A DNA stretch of 64,000 bases from Syntrophaceae bacterium UBA6087. Lineage in GTDB: Bacteria; Desulfobacterota; Desulfomonilia; UBA1062. The notes beneath the pieces are model-generated. The model saw only the letters and a list, made by a program, of their open reading frames with translations, had not been told where the DNA came from and did not search any database. A program made the translations under genes and the position numbers. Shown one piece after another: positions 20,892 through 30,284 of the stretch; positions within the stretch are counted from its first letter, which is position 1, and every line of letters begins with the position of its first letter. The stretch is taken from the NCBI GenBank assembly GCA_002448235.1, contig DIXF01000001.1:137136-201135 (forward strand), in the 5' to 3' direction.

Positions 20892-21715
20892 ACATAGACA
20901 GTCTGCTCAACTTGAAATTGGGCATCCATGCCCAGGCGTCCGGAGGGGGCAAAGTCCCGGGAGAGGTGGCAGAAATCCTCGACCAGGATCTGTTTGTCTT
21001 TGTACCGGAATCAGGCCTGGATGTTTCGGAGGGAACGCTCCTGAGGCTCTCGGACGGCCAGGATTCGATCCTTGCCAGGGTCAAGGAGATTACCGGAAAC
21101 GGCATCCTGATGACCATCGAGTGCTATGCGTCTCCCGGAAACGAGCGCCGGCAGGATGTCCGTATCTATGACAGGGTCTACTTCCACGCCAAATTTCTCT
21201 GCCGTTCCGACAAGAAATTCGAGGTCCTCCCCGAGGCAATGGAGAGGATAAAGGGCAACAAGCTCATCATCGAATCTTTTCTGAAAGGGAAATACGGTTA
21301 TGCCGGCTCCTACGAGCCGCCCTCCTCGCGGGAGCCTTCGTTCAACCAGTCGCTCTGGGAGCTGAACCGGAAGGTCGACCTGCTTATCCACATGTACCTG
21401 GCGGAAGACTTCATGACCCTGATGAAAACCTCGCCCAGGGACGTCAATATCAGCGCCTCGGGCATCAGGTTCATTACCAGGGAAAGTTTCCGTCCGGGCG
21501 ATCTCCTGGAGATCAGCCTCATTCTGCCCATGGCGCCGTTGCTCTTCATGAGGCTCGCGGCCGAGGTCATCCGCCTGAAACCCGTCACCTCTAACGAATC
21601 CGAGCGCTATGCGGTAGCGACCAGGTTCCTCCAGGTGGACTCCGAAACGAGGGAAGACATCATCCGCTATCTCTTCAGGCGGCAGCGGGAGTTTCTCAGG
21701 AAGAGGCAGGCCTGA
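20888..21715 (+). CDS. PilZ-domain c-di-GMP receptor with an N-terminal YcgR_N-like region.
   Basis: RxxxR motif (RRQDVR) and D-x-S-x-x-G motif (DVNISASGIRF). The start overlaps the GGDEF gene stop as ATGA. Confidence 0.75.
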   Translation: MNIDSLLNLKLGIHAQASGGGKVPGEVAEILDQDLFVFVPESGLDVSEGTLLRLSDGQDSILARVKEITGNGILMTIECYASPGNERRQDVRIYDRVYFHAKFLCRSDKKFEVLPEAMERIKGNKLIIESFLKGKYGYAGSYEPPSSREPSFNQSLWELNRKVDLLIHMYLAEDFMTLMKTSPRDVNISASGIRFITRESFRPGDLLEISLILPMAPLLFMRLAAEVIRLKPVTSNESERYAVATRFLQVDSETREDIIRYLFRRQREFLRKRQA

Positions 21716-21801
21716 GAAGGTCATAAGCGTAAAGAGCCTGATAAGCTTTAGCCACGATTGGGATTGACACTTACGGGCACTCACGCCTATAGTTTGCCAT
21801 C

Positions 21802-24084
21802 GTGAAAGGTGCTGTCCCATACCGTAAGGCAATCCGGGTATCCCTTGCAATCGTCGCTTTCGTCCTGGCTTCCGGAGTGCTTTATTTCAGCCTGGACGCC
21901 TACCGGGAAATTCAGAGGCTTAAAACGGGTTCTATCTGGCACTTGCCGTCAAAGGTCTACAGCCGTCCGTACCCGATCGAGGTGGGGAGCGATATCGTGC
22001 GAAGCGGCCTTATAGAAAGGCTTGGCCGTCTGGGATACCGGAAAGTGACAAAGGTGAGTGCTCCGGGCCAGTTTTCGCGGGACTCCAGGGGGATCACCCT
22101 TTACACCCGCCCCCATTCGTACATGGGAGAGCCGCGCGAGGCATGGAAAGTCAGGCTCGGGCTCGAAGGATCGAAGATAGGCAGCATCGTGCTCTCCGGG
22201 AAGAAACAGCCCGTCCGGAGCGTTCTGCTGGAACCCGAGTGCATTGCCGAGATCTTCGACGGCCGGAACGAGGACCGGACGCTCGTAGACCTCTCGGAAT
22301 GTCCGAAGAACCTCATCGATGCAATCATTACGACCGAAGACAAGCGGTTTTACCAGCACCGTGGCATTGACACGAGGTCGCTTTTCCGGGCCGTATTCAT
22401 CAACGTGAAGCACCGGAGCATCCAGGAGGGCGGGTCCACGATCACCCAGCAGCTCGTCAAGAACCTTTTCCTTACGAACAAGCGCACCTTTTCGCGGAAG
22501 ATCAAGGACATGTGGATGGCCGTCATCATGGAGACGGTTTATCCCAAGGACCGGATCTTGAGCATGTATGTCAACGAGATCTACATGGGAAGCTACGGCC
22601 ATGTCGGTATATGCGGCCTGGGAAGGGCATCGAAGGTGCTTTTCGACAAAGACATCTCCGAGCTGGAACTCCACGAGTCGGCGCTCCTGGCGGGGATGAT
22701 CAAGGCGCCCAATGCGTATTCCCCCTATGCCAATCCGGCAAAGGCCCTTGCCAGGAGAAACACCGTTATTGCCCTCATGCACGAGGAAGGCAGAATCACC
22801 CGCAGCGAATACGAGAAGGCCAGACGCATGCCCCTGAACGTGGTCGATCTGGTTCCCCGGAAGAGGCAGGCGCCGTACTTTATCGACTATGTCCTGTCTC
22901 TTACCAGGGACCAGTTCCCAGAGGCCCTGCTGGAAAAGGGCGGATACCGGATCTATACCACCCTCGACATGCATATGCAGAATACGGCCGAGCACTTCCT
23001 CGCCCACGGCCTGGCGAAAAAGGACAAGGAGATCGACGGGGCCGCGGTCATCATGGAGCCCGATACCGGAGAGATCCTGGCGCTGGTGGGCGGCAAAGGA
23101 TACGCAGTGTCGCAGTACAACCGTGCGGTAAAGATACGGCGGCATATCGGCTCGCTCGTGAAGCCTGTGATCTACTATACCGCCCTGCGGAGAGGCTATA
23201 CCCTTTCCTCCTATGTGGAGGACGCCCCCATCAGCATCCCCCTGCACGACGGCACCGTGTGGACGCCGGTGAACTATGACCGGATGTATCACGGCCGTGT
23301 CATGCTCAAGGACGCCCTTGCCCATTCCTACAATCTTGCCACCGTGAAACTCGGTATGGACCTCGGAGTGTCGAGCATTCTCATGGAGATCGGCAAAGTC
23401 CTTCCATCGGCCGGGAACAACACCAATCCTTCGGTCCTCCTCGGCGCCCTGGAGTGCTCCCCCCTTGAGGTGTCTGCATTCTACAGCGCATTCGCCAACA
23501 GCGGAAACCAGGTCAAACCTGTCGCGCTTAAGGGTATTGTGGACGCAAACGGCGTAATCATCAGAAAAGAAACGGAGCCTGCTCCCGCCCAGGTGCTGGA
23601 TCCGTCCATCGTATACCTGGTCAATGCGGCGCTGCAGGAAGCAGTGGTCGCCGGCACGGCCAGGGAATCCAGGATCTACGGTATGCCTGCCGGCGTCTGC
23701 GGGAAGACCGGCACCACGGATGACGCCAGAGATTCCTGGTTTGTCGGGTTCACCCCGCAGATGGTCGTAACCATATGGCTCGGGGCCGACAAATACCGGT
23801 CCATCGGGCACAGCGGCGCAACAGGAGCCATGCCGATCGCTTCCATGATCCTTGCACGCCTCACTCAGCCGGTGACGTGGCCCGTGCCCGAGGATGTCAT
23901 CGTCTGCTCCGTCGACGCCGGCAACGGAAAGCTCGCGGGTATGTGGACGCCTGACGTGGTGGATATCCCGTACATCCGCAATACACAGCCCGTGGAGATT
24001 TCGAATTCCGGCGCTCCTTCAATCCGTGATGTGCCCAAGGTATGGAACTATCTCAAATCGCTGTTGTGGAAGTCTTCCGAATAA
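21802..24084 (+). CDS. Class A penicillin-binding protein (GT51 transglycosylase plus transpeptidase).
   Basis: N-terminal transmembrane anchor. The GT51 motif reads IITTEDKRFYQHRGID. A transpeptidase region follows. Length is 760 aa. Confidence 0.85.
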   Translation: MKGAVPYRKAIRVSLAIVAFVLASGVLYFSLDAYREIQRLKTGSIWHLPSKVYSRPYPIEVGSDIVRSGLIERLGRLGYRKVTKVSAPGQFSRDSRGITLYTRPHSYMGEPREAWKVRLGLEGSKIGSIVLSGKKQPVRSVLLEPECIAEIFDGRNEDRTLVDLSECPKNLIDAIITTEDKRFYQHRGIDTRSLFRAVFINVKHRSIQEGGSTITQQLVKNLFLTNKRTFSRKIKDMWMAVIMETVYPKDRILSMYVNEIYMGSYGHVGICGLGRASKVLFDKDISELELHESALLAGMIKAPNAYSPYANPAKALARRNTVIALMHEEGRITRSEYEKARRMPLNVVDLVPRKRQAPYFIDYVLSLTRDQFPEALLEKGGYRIYTTLDMHMQNTAEHFLAHGLAKKDKEIDGAAVIMEPDTGEILALVGGKGYAVSQYNRAVKIRRHIGSLVKPVIYYTALRRGYTLSSYVEDAPISIPLHDGTVWTPVNYDRMYHGRVMLKDALAHSYNLATVKLGMDLGVSSILMEIGKVLPSAGNNTNPSVLLGALECSPLEVSAFYSAFANSGNQVKPVALKGIVDANGVIIRKETEPAPAQVLDPSIVYLVNAALQEAVVAGTARESRIYGMPAGVCGKTGTTDDARDSWFVGFTPQMVVTIWLGADKYRSIGHSGATGAMPIASMILARLTQPVTWPVPEDVIVCSVDAGNGKLAGMWTPDVVDIPYIRNTQPVEISNSGAPSIRDVPKVWNYLKSLLWKSSE

Positions 24085-24138
24085 GGCGGATTCTTTTCTC
24101 ATCTCACCTCCTTTGCCTGTAAAGACCTGTCCGACCGC

Positions 24139-25827
24139 ATGAAGGACCCGGCGGGCGCCCTTGCCGAAACCCGGTACGAGCCCGCTCCTGCAGGAATTTG
24201 CCTATTGCCCTTTAAAAAAACTCACAGTATGGTATGCGCCATGGATTTCAGAGGTGCTATGTGTGCGTGGTGCAGGCTGAGTAAAGGACCGGCCGAAGAC
24301 TGCATCCCATGCCCCCGCTTCCGCAAGTGCGAGCTCAAGGAAAACCTTGTGCTCGATTCCGAGATATTTTGCGGGATGTGCAAAAACAGAGACGACGCCG
24401 GGCTTCGCGTGTTCTGCGAGACCAACAGAAAACTCCAGAAAGATTCCGATGAGCCGTTCGACTGTTACCGGTACGATCCCGACATACAGCCCCCGAAAGA
24501 AAGCCAGGCACACGTCGTCACGGTATTTCCGACGCATCGCGGGAAAGTATGCCTCGTGCGCCGGAGCGGGAAGGTCGGAACATACCAAAGACGCTGGTCA
24601 GGGATCAGCGGGTACCTCGAAGGCGATCCGGGAGAGCACTACATGCAGGAACTGCGTGAAGAAACATCGCTGAAGCCGGGAGAATACGTACTCCTGCGGC
24701 GCTCCGAAACCGTGGTGGTTCAGGATGAGGAGCACGGCCGGATCTGGTGCGTGCATCCGTTTCTGTGCGAAGTTCACGACCCCTCCCGAGTTACCCTTGA
24801 CTGGGAGAATACCGAGCTCCGGTGGATAGACCCGGAGGAGATCAAAGAGCTCGACACGGTACCGGGCCTTTGGGAGGTGTACGAGCATGTATCGAGACTT
24901 CCTCTGGAACGCGAGCTCTCGGCCTTCCTGCAGGAACTGAGAGACGACCGCTACAGCGGGGCAAGGCAGCTCGCAGCCCAAGCGCTGGCTTTCCTCGGCC
25001 GGGTTGTCCGGTCATCCAATGCCGCGGGAACCGTAACGCTCCTGGACGATCTTTTTTATGCATGTCATGAAATAAGCCTGGCCCGCCCTTCCATGGGTAT
25101 CATTTCGACCTCGCTCGACCTGGTGATCCGGGACGCGAGGGCGTTCAGTCCTCTGGACATAGCGGAGGCGAGGCCACAGATCGCCTTCCTCGCAGCAAAA
25201 CACCTCAAGGAGATGGAATCCGCTCTGGACAAGGCAATTGAGCATCTCGACGCGATCGTGCCGGAGAGAGCGACCGTCCTGGTTCACTCGTACAGCTCTT
25301 CGCTGATTCATGCCCTGCCATTGCTGAAGAAGAAACGGTGCTCCCTGATCGTGACGGAATCGAGGCCCGGGTTCGAGGGAAGGACGACCGCGCATGTAGC
25401 GGCCGAGACGGGGATCAACGTCAGGCTTATCACCGATGCCTGCGCCGGTCACGAGCTTCTCTCCGCGGACGTTGTCCTCATGGGAACGGACAGCATTGAG
25501 CCCGACGGCTCGGTGATCAACAAGGCAGGGTCGTCCTTGATAGCCATGGCGGCGCATGCCTCGGGCGTCAAGGTATACTTTATCGGCGAGATCAGAAAAT
25601 TGAGCTTCAGGCAGGGAGGCGCTGCGCTTGAAGAATACGATCCGAGCGAGGTATGGGAGAACCCCCCGCACGGAGTCGGGGTGGGGAACCTCTATTTCGA
25701 CCGGACCGGCCCTGAGTTTATTAGCGGAATAATCCTCGAAAGGGGCGTCGTTGAACCGGGACGGATAAGGGAGATTGCCGAGTCTCTTTTTTCTCTGGAT
25801 GCCCACGGCGACCGCAAGACCTGTTGA
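24139..25827 (+). CDS. Fusion protein with three parts: a Cys-rich N-terminal region with several CxxC pairs, a NUDIX hydrolase domain, and a C-terminal eIF-2B/MtnA/ribose-1,5-bisphosphate-isomerase-family domain.
   Basis: Cys pairs CAWC, CIPC and CGMC. A Nudix-box-like sequence, GYLEGDPGEHYMQELREETSLKPGE. A C-terminal IF-2B family pattern, VLVHSYSSS...IVTESRPGFEGR...GINVRLITDAC...ADVVLMGTDSIEPDGSVINKAGS...AHASGVKVY. The start codon is uncertain; an alternative ATG lies at 24229. Confidence 0.6.
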   Translation: MKDPAGALAETRYEPAPAGICLLPFKKTHSMVCAMDFRGAMCAWCRLSKGPAEDCIPCPRFRKCELKENLVLDSEIFCGMCKNRDDAGLRVFCETNRKLQKDSDEPFDCYRYDPDIQPPKESQAHVVTVFPTHRGKVCLVRRSGKVGTYQRRWSGISGYLEGDPGEHYMQELREETSLKPGEYVLLRRSETVVVQDEEHGRIWCVHPFLCEVHDPSRVTLDWENTELRWIDPEEIKELDTVPGLWEVYEHVSRLPLERELSAFLQELRDDRYSGARQLAAQALAFLGRVVRSSNAAGTVTLLDDLFYACHEISLARPSMGIISTSLDLVIRDARAFSPLDIAEARPQIAFLAAKHLKEMESALDKAIEHLDAIVPERATVLVHSYSSSLIHALPLLKKKRCSLIVTESRPGFEGRTTAHVAAETGINVRLITDACAGHELLSADVVLMGTDSIEPDGSVINKAGSSLIAMAAHASGVKVYFIGEIRKLSFRQGGAALEEYDPSEVWENPPHGVGVGNLYFDRTGPEFISGIILERGVVEPGRIREIAESLFSLDAHGDRKTC

Positions 25828-25956
25828 ATGTTCTTCAGCGTAAGCCAGCTGCCGTGCATTCACGAAGAACGGATAAGGACAGTATACGGTAACAGCGGGT
25901 GCAGACATACGGAAGATTTCCCGTATCGATCATGATCAGTACCGGAAACAGGAGGT

Positions 25957-27444
25957 ATGATGAATATTTACCAATGGATAAAGGATCATGCGAAAGAAAG
26001 GCCGGAGAAGGTAGCCGTACGTTTCAGGGACATCAGCATTACGTACGCCGAGCTGTTTTCCTTGACGGGAAAGCTGGGGACAGCCCTGAGGGACTCGGGG
26101 ATAGGACGGGGCGACCACGTGACGATCGTACTCCCCAATTCGCCGGAATTCATTATCTCATACATGGCTGTCGTGAGCGTAGGGGGAATCGTGGTGCCGG
26201 TAAATCCTTCGTTCACCTCCCGGGAGCTTTCGCACATCCTGAAGGATTCCGACTCGAAGGCGGTTGTCATCGAAGAAAGCAATTCCGCCACATATGACGA
26301 TATCCGCGAACTGTGCCCGCTGGGGACGGTGATAACCACGGGCGAGGGAGGGAACTTCTCCCAGTGGACAAGCGGCAGCGACCGGGGCATCATCGAGGAA
26401 ATGGATAAGGATGACGTTGCATCCATGATCTACTCTTCGGGACTCACCGGGTATCCCATGGGGGCCATGCTCACCCACGGCAACCTGGATCATAATTCCG
26501 ACCTGATGAGGCGGTGCGCCGATGCCGACGATACGGACACCACACTCACCATTATCCCGTGCTTCCACTCGTTCAGCGCGAGCGTCAACATGCTTGCCAT
26601 GCTGCGGTACGGCGGGACGGTCTACATGGTCAAGAATCTGGACTTCAAAGAGCTCAACCATGTGCTCACCAATGGCGGGATCACCTGCATATGTGCCGTT
26701 CCGACGCTGTTTTACGGGCTCCTGCTCCATCCGGATGTCCAGAGCGTAGACTACACCAGGATGAAGATCCTGATAGCGGGCGGGTCCGCGCTCTCCATGG
26801 AGATCTATACCGGGTTCAAAGAGCGTTTCGGCGTCGATCTCAGGCAAGGCTACGGCCTTACCGAGGCGTCACCCGTGTGCGCGTACAACAGTCCCCACGT
26901 GAAGCTGAAGCCCGATTCCATCGGTCCCGCCGTGCCGGATGTTCAGGCAAGGATCGTCGATGAGCAGGGAAGGGTGCTTACGCCCGGAGAAAAGGGCGAA
27001 ATCCTGTTCAAGGGCCCCAACGTCATGAAGGGATATTACAAGAGAAAAGAAGAGACGCGGGAGATCATCAAAGACGGCTGGCTCTATACCGGCGACCTGG
27101 GATATATGGACGAAGAAGGCTATATCTATATCACCGGGTACAAAAAGGATATGATCATCACCTCGGGCTTCAACGTATACTGCAAGGAGGTGGAGAATGT
27201 CCTGAATTCGATCCCCGGGGTTCGGGATTCCGCCATCACGGGTATCCCCGATCTCATGAGGGGAGCCATCATCAAGGCATACGTGGTGGCGGACGGCTCC
27301 GACATCACCGAAAACGAAGTGAAGCGCCAGGCCCGCAGACTTCTGGCCTCCTATAAGACGCCGCGCAAGGTGGAGTTCGTACCCCAGATCTTCAGGGACA
27401 ACAACGGCAAGGCCCTTATCGAGGAGATCGAGCAGAAAAAATGA
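25957..27444 (+). CDS. AMP-forming acyl-CoA synthetase/ligase (adenylate-forming enzyme).
   Basis: AMP-binding motifs YSSGLTGYPMGAMLTHGN, GYGLTEASPV and YTGDLGYMDEEGYIYITGYKKDMI. Length is 495 aa. Confidence 0.85.
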   Translation: MMNIYQWIKDHAKERPEKVAVRFRDISITYAELFSLTGKLGTALRDSGIGRGDHVTIVLPNSPEFIISYMAVVSVGGIVVPVNPSFTSRELSHILKDSDSKAVVIEESNSATYDDIRELCPLGTVITTGEGGNFSQWTSGSDRGIIEEMDKDDVASMIYSSGLTGYPMGAMLTHGNLDHNSDLMRRCADADDTDTTLTIIPCFHSFSASVNMLAMLRYGGTVYMVKNLDFKELNHVLTNGGITCICAVPTLFYGLLLHPDVQSVDYTRMKILIAGGSALSMEIYTGFKERFGVDLRQGYGLTEASPVCAYNSPHVKLKPDSIGPAVPDVQARIVDEQGRVLTPGEKGEILFKGPNVMKGYYKRKEETREIIKDGWLYTGDLGYMDEEGYIYITGYKKDMIITSGFNVYCKEVENVLNSIPGVRDSAITGIPDLMRGAIIKAYVVADGSDITENEVKRQARRLLASYKTPRKVEFVPQIFRDNNGKALIEEIEQKK

Positions 27445-28343
27445 CGGGGTGCGTGCTGTGTCCGAGGCGCTGTCCGGCCGACAGATCAAGGGCTGAAGGC
27501 GCCTGCGGAGTCGGTGAGGACCTGCTCGTCGGCTCCATCGTCATCCACCGGGGCGAGGAGCCGCCTCTGGTAACGGGTGCGGGCTCCGGGGCGGTGTTCT
27601 TTTCCGGGTGCCCGCTCAAGTGCGCCTACTGCCAGAATAGCCGGATAAGCCACCAGGCCTTTGGAAAAACTGTTACCGAGTCAGAGCTTGCCTCTTTCAT
27701 GCTCCTTCTCCAGGATTGCGGGTGCTCCAACATCAACCTGGTGAGCCCGACCCACTTCGCCCCCGGGATCATTCGTTCCCTGACCCTTGCCCGCGAGCAG
27801 GGCCTCGACCTTCCCGTCATGCTCAATTCGAGCGGGTATGAGAGCATTGAATCTCTCGAAAGATGGGAGGGCCATGCGGACCTTTTCCTCATGGACCTGA
27901 AATACGGCGACAACGAAACAGGGAAGCTCCTGAGCCGCGTAGCCGATTACTGGGACCGGGCGCGCGAGGCCGTCGCATACCTCTGGGAAAAAGGGGGTGC
28001 GTTATGCGTCGATGAAAACGGCCGGGCCTTGTCCGGACTGATCGTACGGCACCTCGTGCTTCCGGGCATGCGCTCGAATCCTTTTGCCGTGCTTGAATTC
28101 CTGGCCGGACTCTCCCTGGATATCCCCGTCAGCATCATGTCCCAGTACAACCCTTCTTTCTACTCGGGGACTTTGGCCGAGATGAGCCGGACGGTGTCAC
28201 CCGGGGAATACGAAGTGGTTCTGGAGAAGGCCGTCGATTTCGGATTCGCCACGATATATGCCCAGGAAATGGACTCTATTGAAAACTATACGCCCGACTT
28301 TGCATCCGATACACCCTTTGGGGACGGCTTGAAAATATTTTGA
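27441..28343 (+). CDS. Radical SAM enzyme, PflA-like (activase) subfamily.
   Basis: Cx3Cx2C motif GCPLKCAYCQN. There is an additional N-terminal CVLCPRRC...ACGV motif, as seen in activase/AmmeMemoRadiSam-type radical SAM proteins. The start overlaps the ligase stop as ATGA. Confidence 0.75.
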   Translation: MTGCVLCPRRCPADRSRAEGACGVGEDLLVGSIVIHRGEEPPLVTGAGSGAVFFSGCPLKCAYCQNSRISHQAFGKTVTESELASFMLLLQDCGCSNINLVSPTHFAPGIIRSLTLAREQGLDLPVMLNSSGYESIESLERWEGHADLFLMDLKYGDNETGKLLSRVADYWDRAREAVAYLWEKGGALCVDENGRALSGLIVRHLVLPGMRSNPFAVLEFLAGLSLDIPVSIMSQYNPSFYSGTLAEMSRTVSPGEYEVVLEKAVDFGFATIYAQEMDSIENYTPDFASDTPFGDGLKIF

Positions 28344-28401
28344 CGGATTCGCTGCCGCCGTCTCCCCGGACACGTAAATCCATTAAATTTCTCTTTTTAG
28401 A

Positions 28402-30150
28402 GTGCCGATAGTGATAGATGGTATGCTATCAATTGAAGACGATTACGAACGCAGGTACAACGAAGAGACCGGGGATCTCTTATATCAGCGCGTGCTGGCT
28501 GTACTCCTGGTGGGCATTATCCTCATCCCGTTCTTCAGCGTCCTGGATTATGTGGTGGTCCGTGAGCACTTCGGCCTCTTCTTTTTCTACCGCATTACCT
28601 GTTCCGGATCGCTCCTGGCGCTTCTGCTTGTTTACTATTCAAGGTACGGCAAAGACTCTGCGTTTGCCCTGGTGACCGTCGCCTATATCATTGCGGCCTT
28701 CACCATCGCCATGATGTGCGTGAAAATGGGCGGGTACTCGTCATTTTACTACGTCGGACTCATCATGGTCCTCGTCACGATCGTCATCCTGCCCTTAAAC
28801 GCTCCGCAGGCATTCCTTTCCGGGCTCATGCTCTACCTGATCTATGCCCTGCCCATCATCTTGCTCAACAACCCCAGTCCGGACAGCCTGAAAGTATTTT
28901 TCAGCAACAGTTTCTTTTTTGCCTTTTTCATCGTGATAACCACGCTTCAGGCATATGAAGAGACAAAGATGCGCAAGAGGGAATGCAGGCTCAAAACAGA
29001 GATGGACGGTCTTGCAGAGCGTCTCTCCTATTACGCACACAACCTCGAGGCAGAGGTGGAGAAGCGCCTTATCGAGCTTGAGGAATCCGAGCTCCGCTAC
29101 CGGGAGCTCTATGAGAATATCATCGATATCGTCATCCTCGTGGACCGGAACTCAAAGATACTCATGGCGAATCCCAGGTTTTATGACACGATCGGCATTC
29201 CATCGGAGCAGAAGCTCGATTTCAGCTTTATGAAGCTCGTGAAGGGGCCGGATACCCTCCTCGTGGAGAGGATGTTCGACCGTCTGCCCACCGAGCAGAC
29301 GGTAAAGGATTTCCAGTTCAGGGTCGAAAACCGCCAGGGAAAGATCTTTGAGGTCGAATGCAATGCCAAGTGCATCTACAAAGAGGGCGAACTCGTCGGC
29401 TTCCAGATGGTAATAAGGGATATCACCGTACGCAAGAAGCTGGAAAACGACCTGCTGGAATCTTATAAAAAGGTCCAGAGCGCACGGAACGCGACGATCC
29501 TCGGCTTAGCGAAGCTGGCTGAATACCGTGACGCGGATACGGGCGCCCATCTGGAGCGCATACGGGAATACTCGAGGGTCATCGCCCAGGACCTGGCCAA
29601 GAGAGCGAAATTCGCCGAGTACATCACCCAGGATTATATTGATGATATCTACAATTCGTCCATTCTCCACGATATCGGAAAGGTGGGCATCCCGGACTCG
29701 ATCCTGCTGAAGCCGAGCCGTCTGACCAAGGACGAGTTCGAGGTGGTCAAGCGCCACTCATCCCTGGGCGGAGACGCCCTCAGGGCCGTGGAAACGAAGA
29801 TCGAAGGCCAGTCCTTCCTGAGCCTGGGAAAAGAGATCGCCTATTACCACCACGAGAAATGGGACGGCACCGGATATCCCAAAGGGCTCAAGGGTGAGCA
29901 GATCCCCTTGTCTGCAAGGATAGTCGCCCTTGCGGACGTCTATGATGCCCTTACCTCAAAGCGGGTCTACAAGGAGGCCTTTTCTCATGAAAAGGCCCTG
30001 GAGATCATTCTGGAGGACAGGGGCAAGCATTTCGATCCGGAAATCGTGGACGCATTCATGGACCACGAGGCGGACTTCCGCAGCATCCGGGAGGAAATGT
30101 TCAGAGACCACGCCGCAAATCAGCAGAAGCAGGCAACCACACCGTCATAA
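28402..30150 (+). CDS. Membrane-anchored PAS/HD-GYP c-di-GMP phosphodiesterase.
   Basis: About six N-terminal transmembrane segments, a coiled coil, and a PAS region. The HD-GYP signatures are ILHDIGKVGIPD and HHEKWDGTGYP. Confidence 0.85.
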   Translation: MPIVIDGMLSIEDDYERRYNEETGDLLYQRVLAVLLVGIILIPFFSVLDYVVVREHFGLFFFYRITCSGSLLALLLVYYSRYGKDSAFALVTVAYIIAAFTIAMMCVKMGGYSSFYYVGLIMVLVTIVILPLNAPQAFLSGLMLYLIYALPIILLNNPSPDSLKVFFSNSFFFAFFIVITTLQAYEETKMRKRECRLKTEMDGLAERLSYYAHNLEAEVEKRLIELEESELRYRELYENIIDIVILVDRNSKILMANPRFYDTIGIPSEQKLDFSFMKLVKGPDTLLVERMFDRLPTEQTVKDFQFRVENRQGKIFEVECNAKCIYKEGELVGFQMVIRDITVRKKLENDLLESYKKVQSARNATILGLAKLAEYRDADTGAHLERIREYSRVIAQDLAKRAKFAEYITQDYIDDIYNSSILHDIGKVGIPDSILLKPSRLTKDEFEVVKRHSSLGGDALRAVETKIEGQSFLSLGKEIAYYHHEKWDGTGYPKGLKGEQIPLSARIVALADVYDALTSKRVYKEAFSHEKALEIILEDRGKHFDPEIVDAFMDHEADFRSIREEMFRDHAANQQKQATTPS

Positions 30151-30284
30151 TTCCGTTACAGATAGTTTGCGAATACCGTCACTCGCACTCTGAAGCACTC
30201 AAGCTCTGGAATTACTCAACATAATCCGGTCAAAATTCGTGTAATTTTCAAACGATTGGTTTGGAGGGGATGTTGGTTCGGAGG

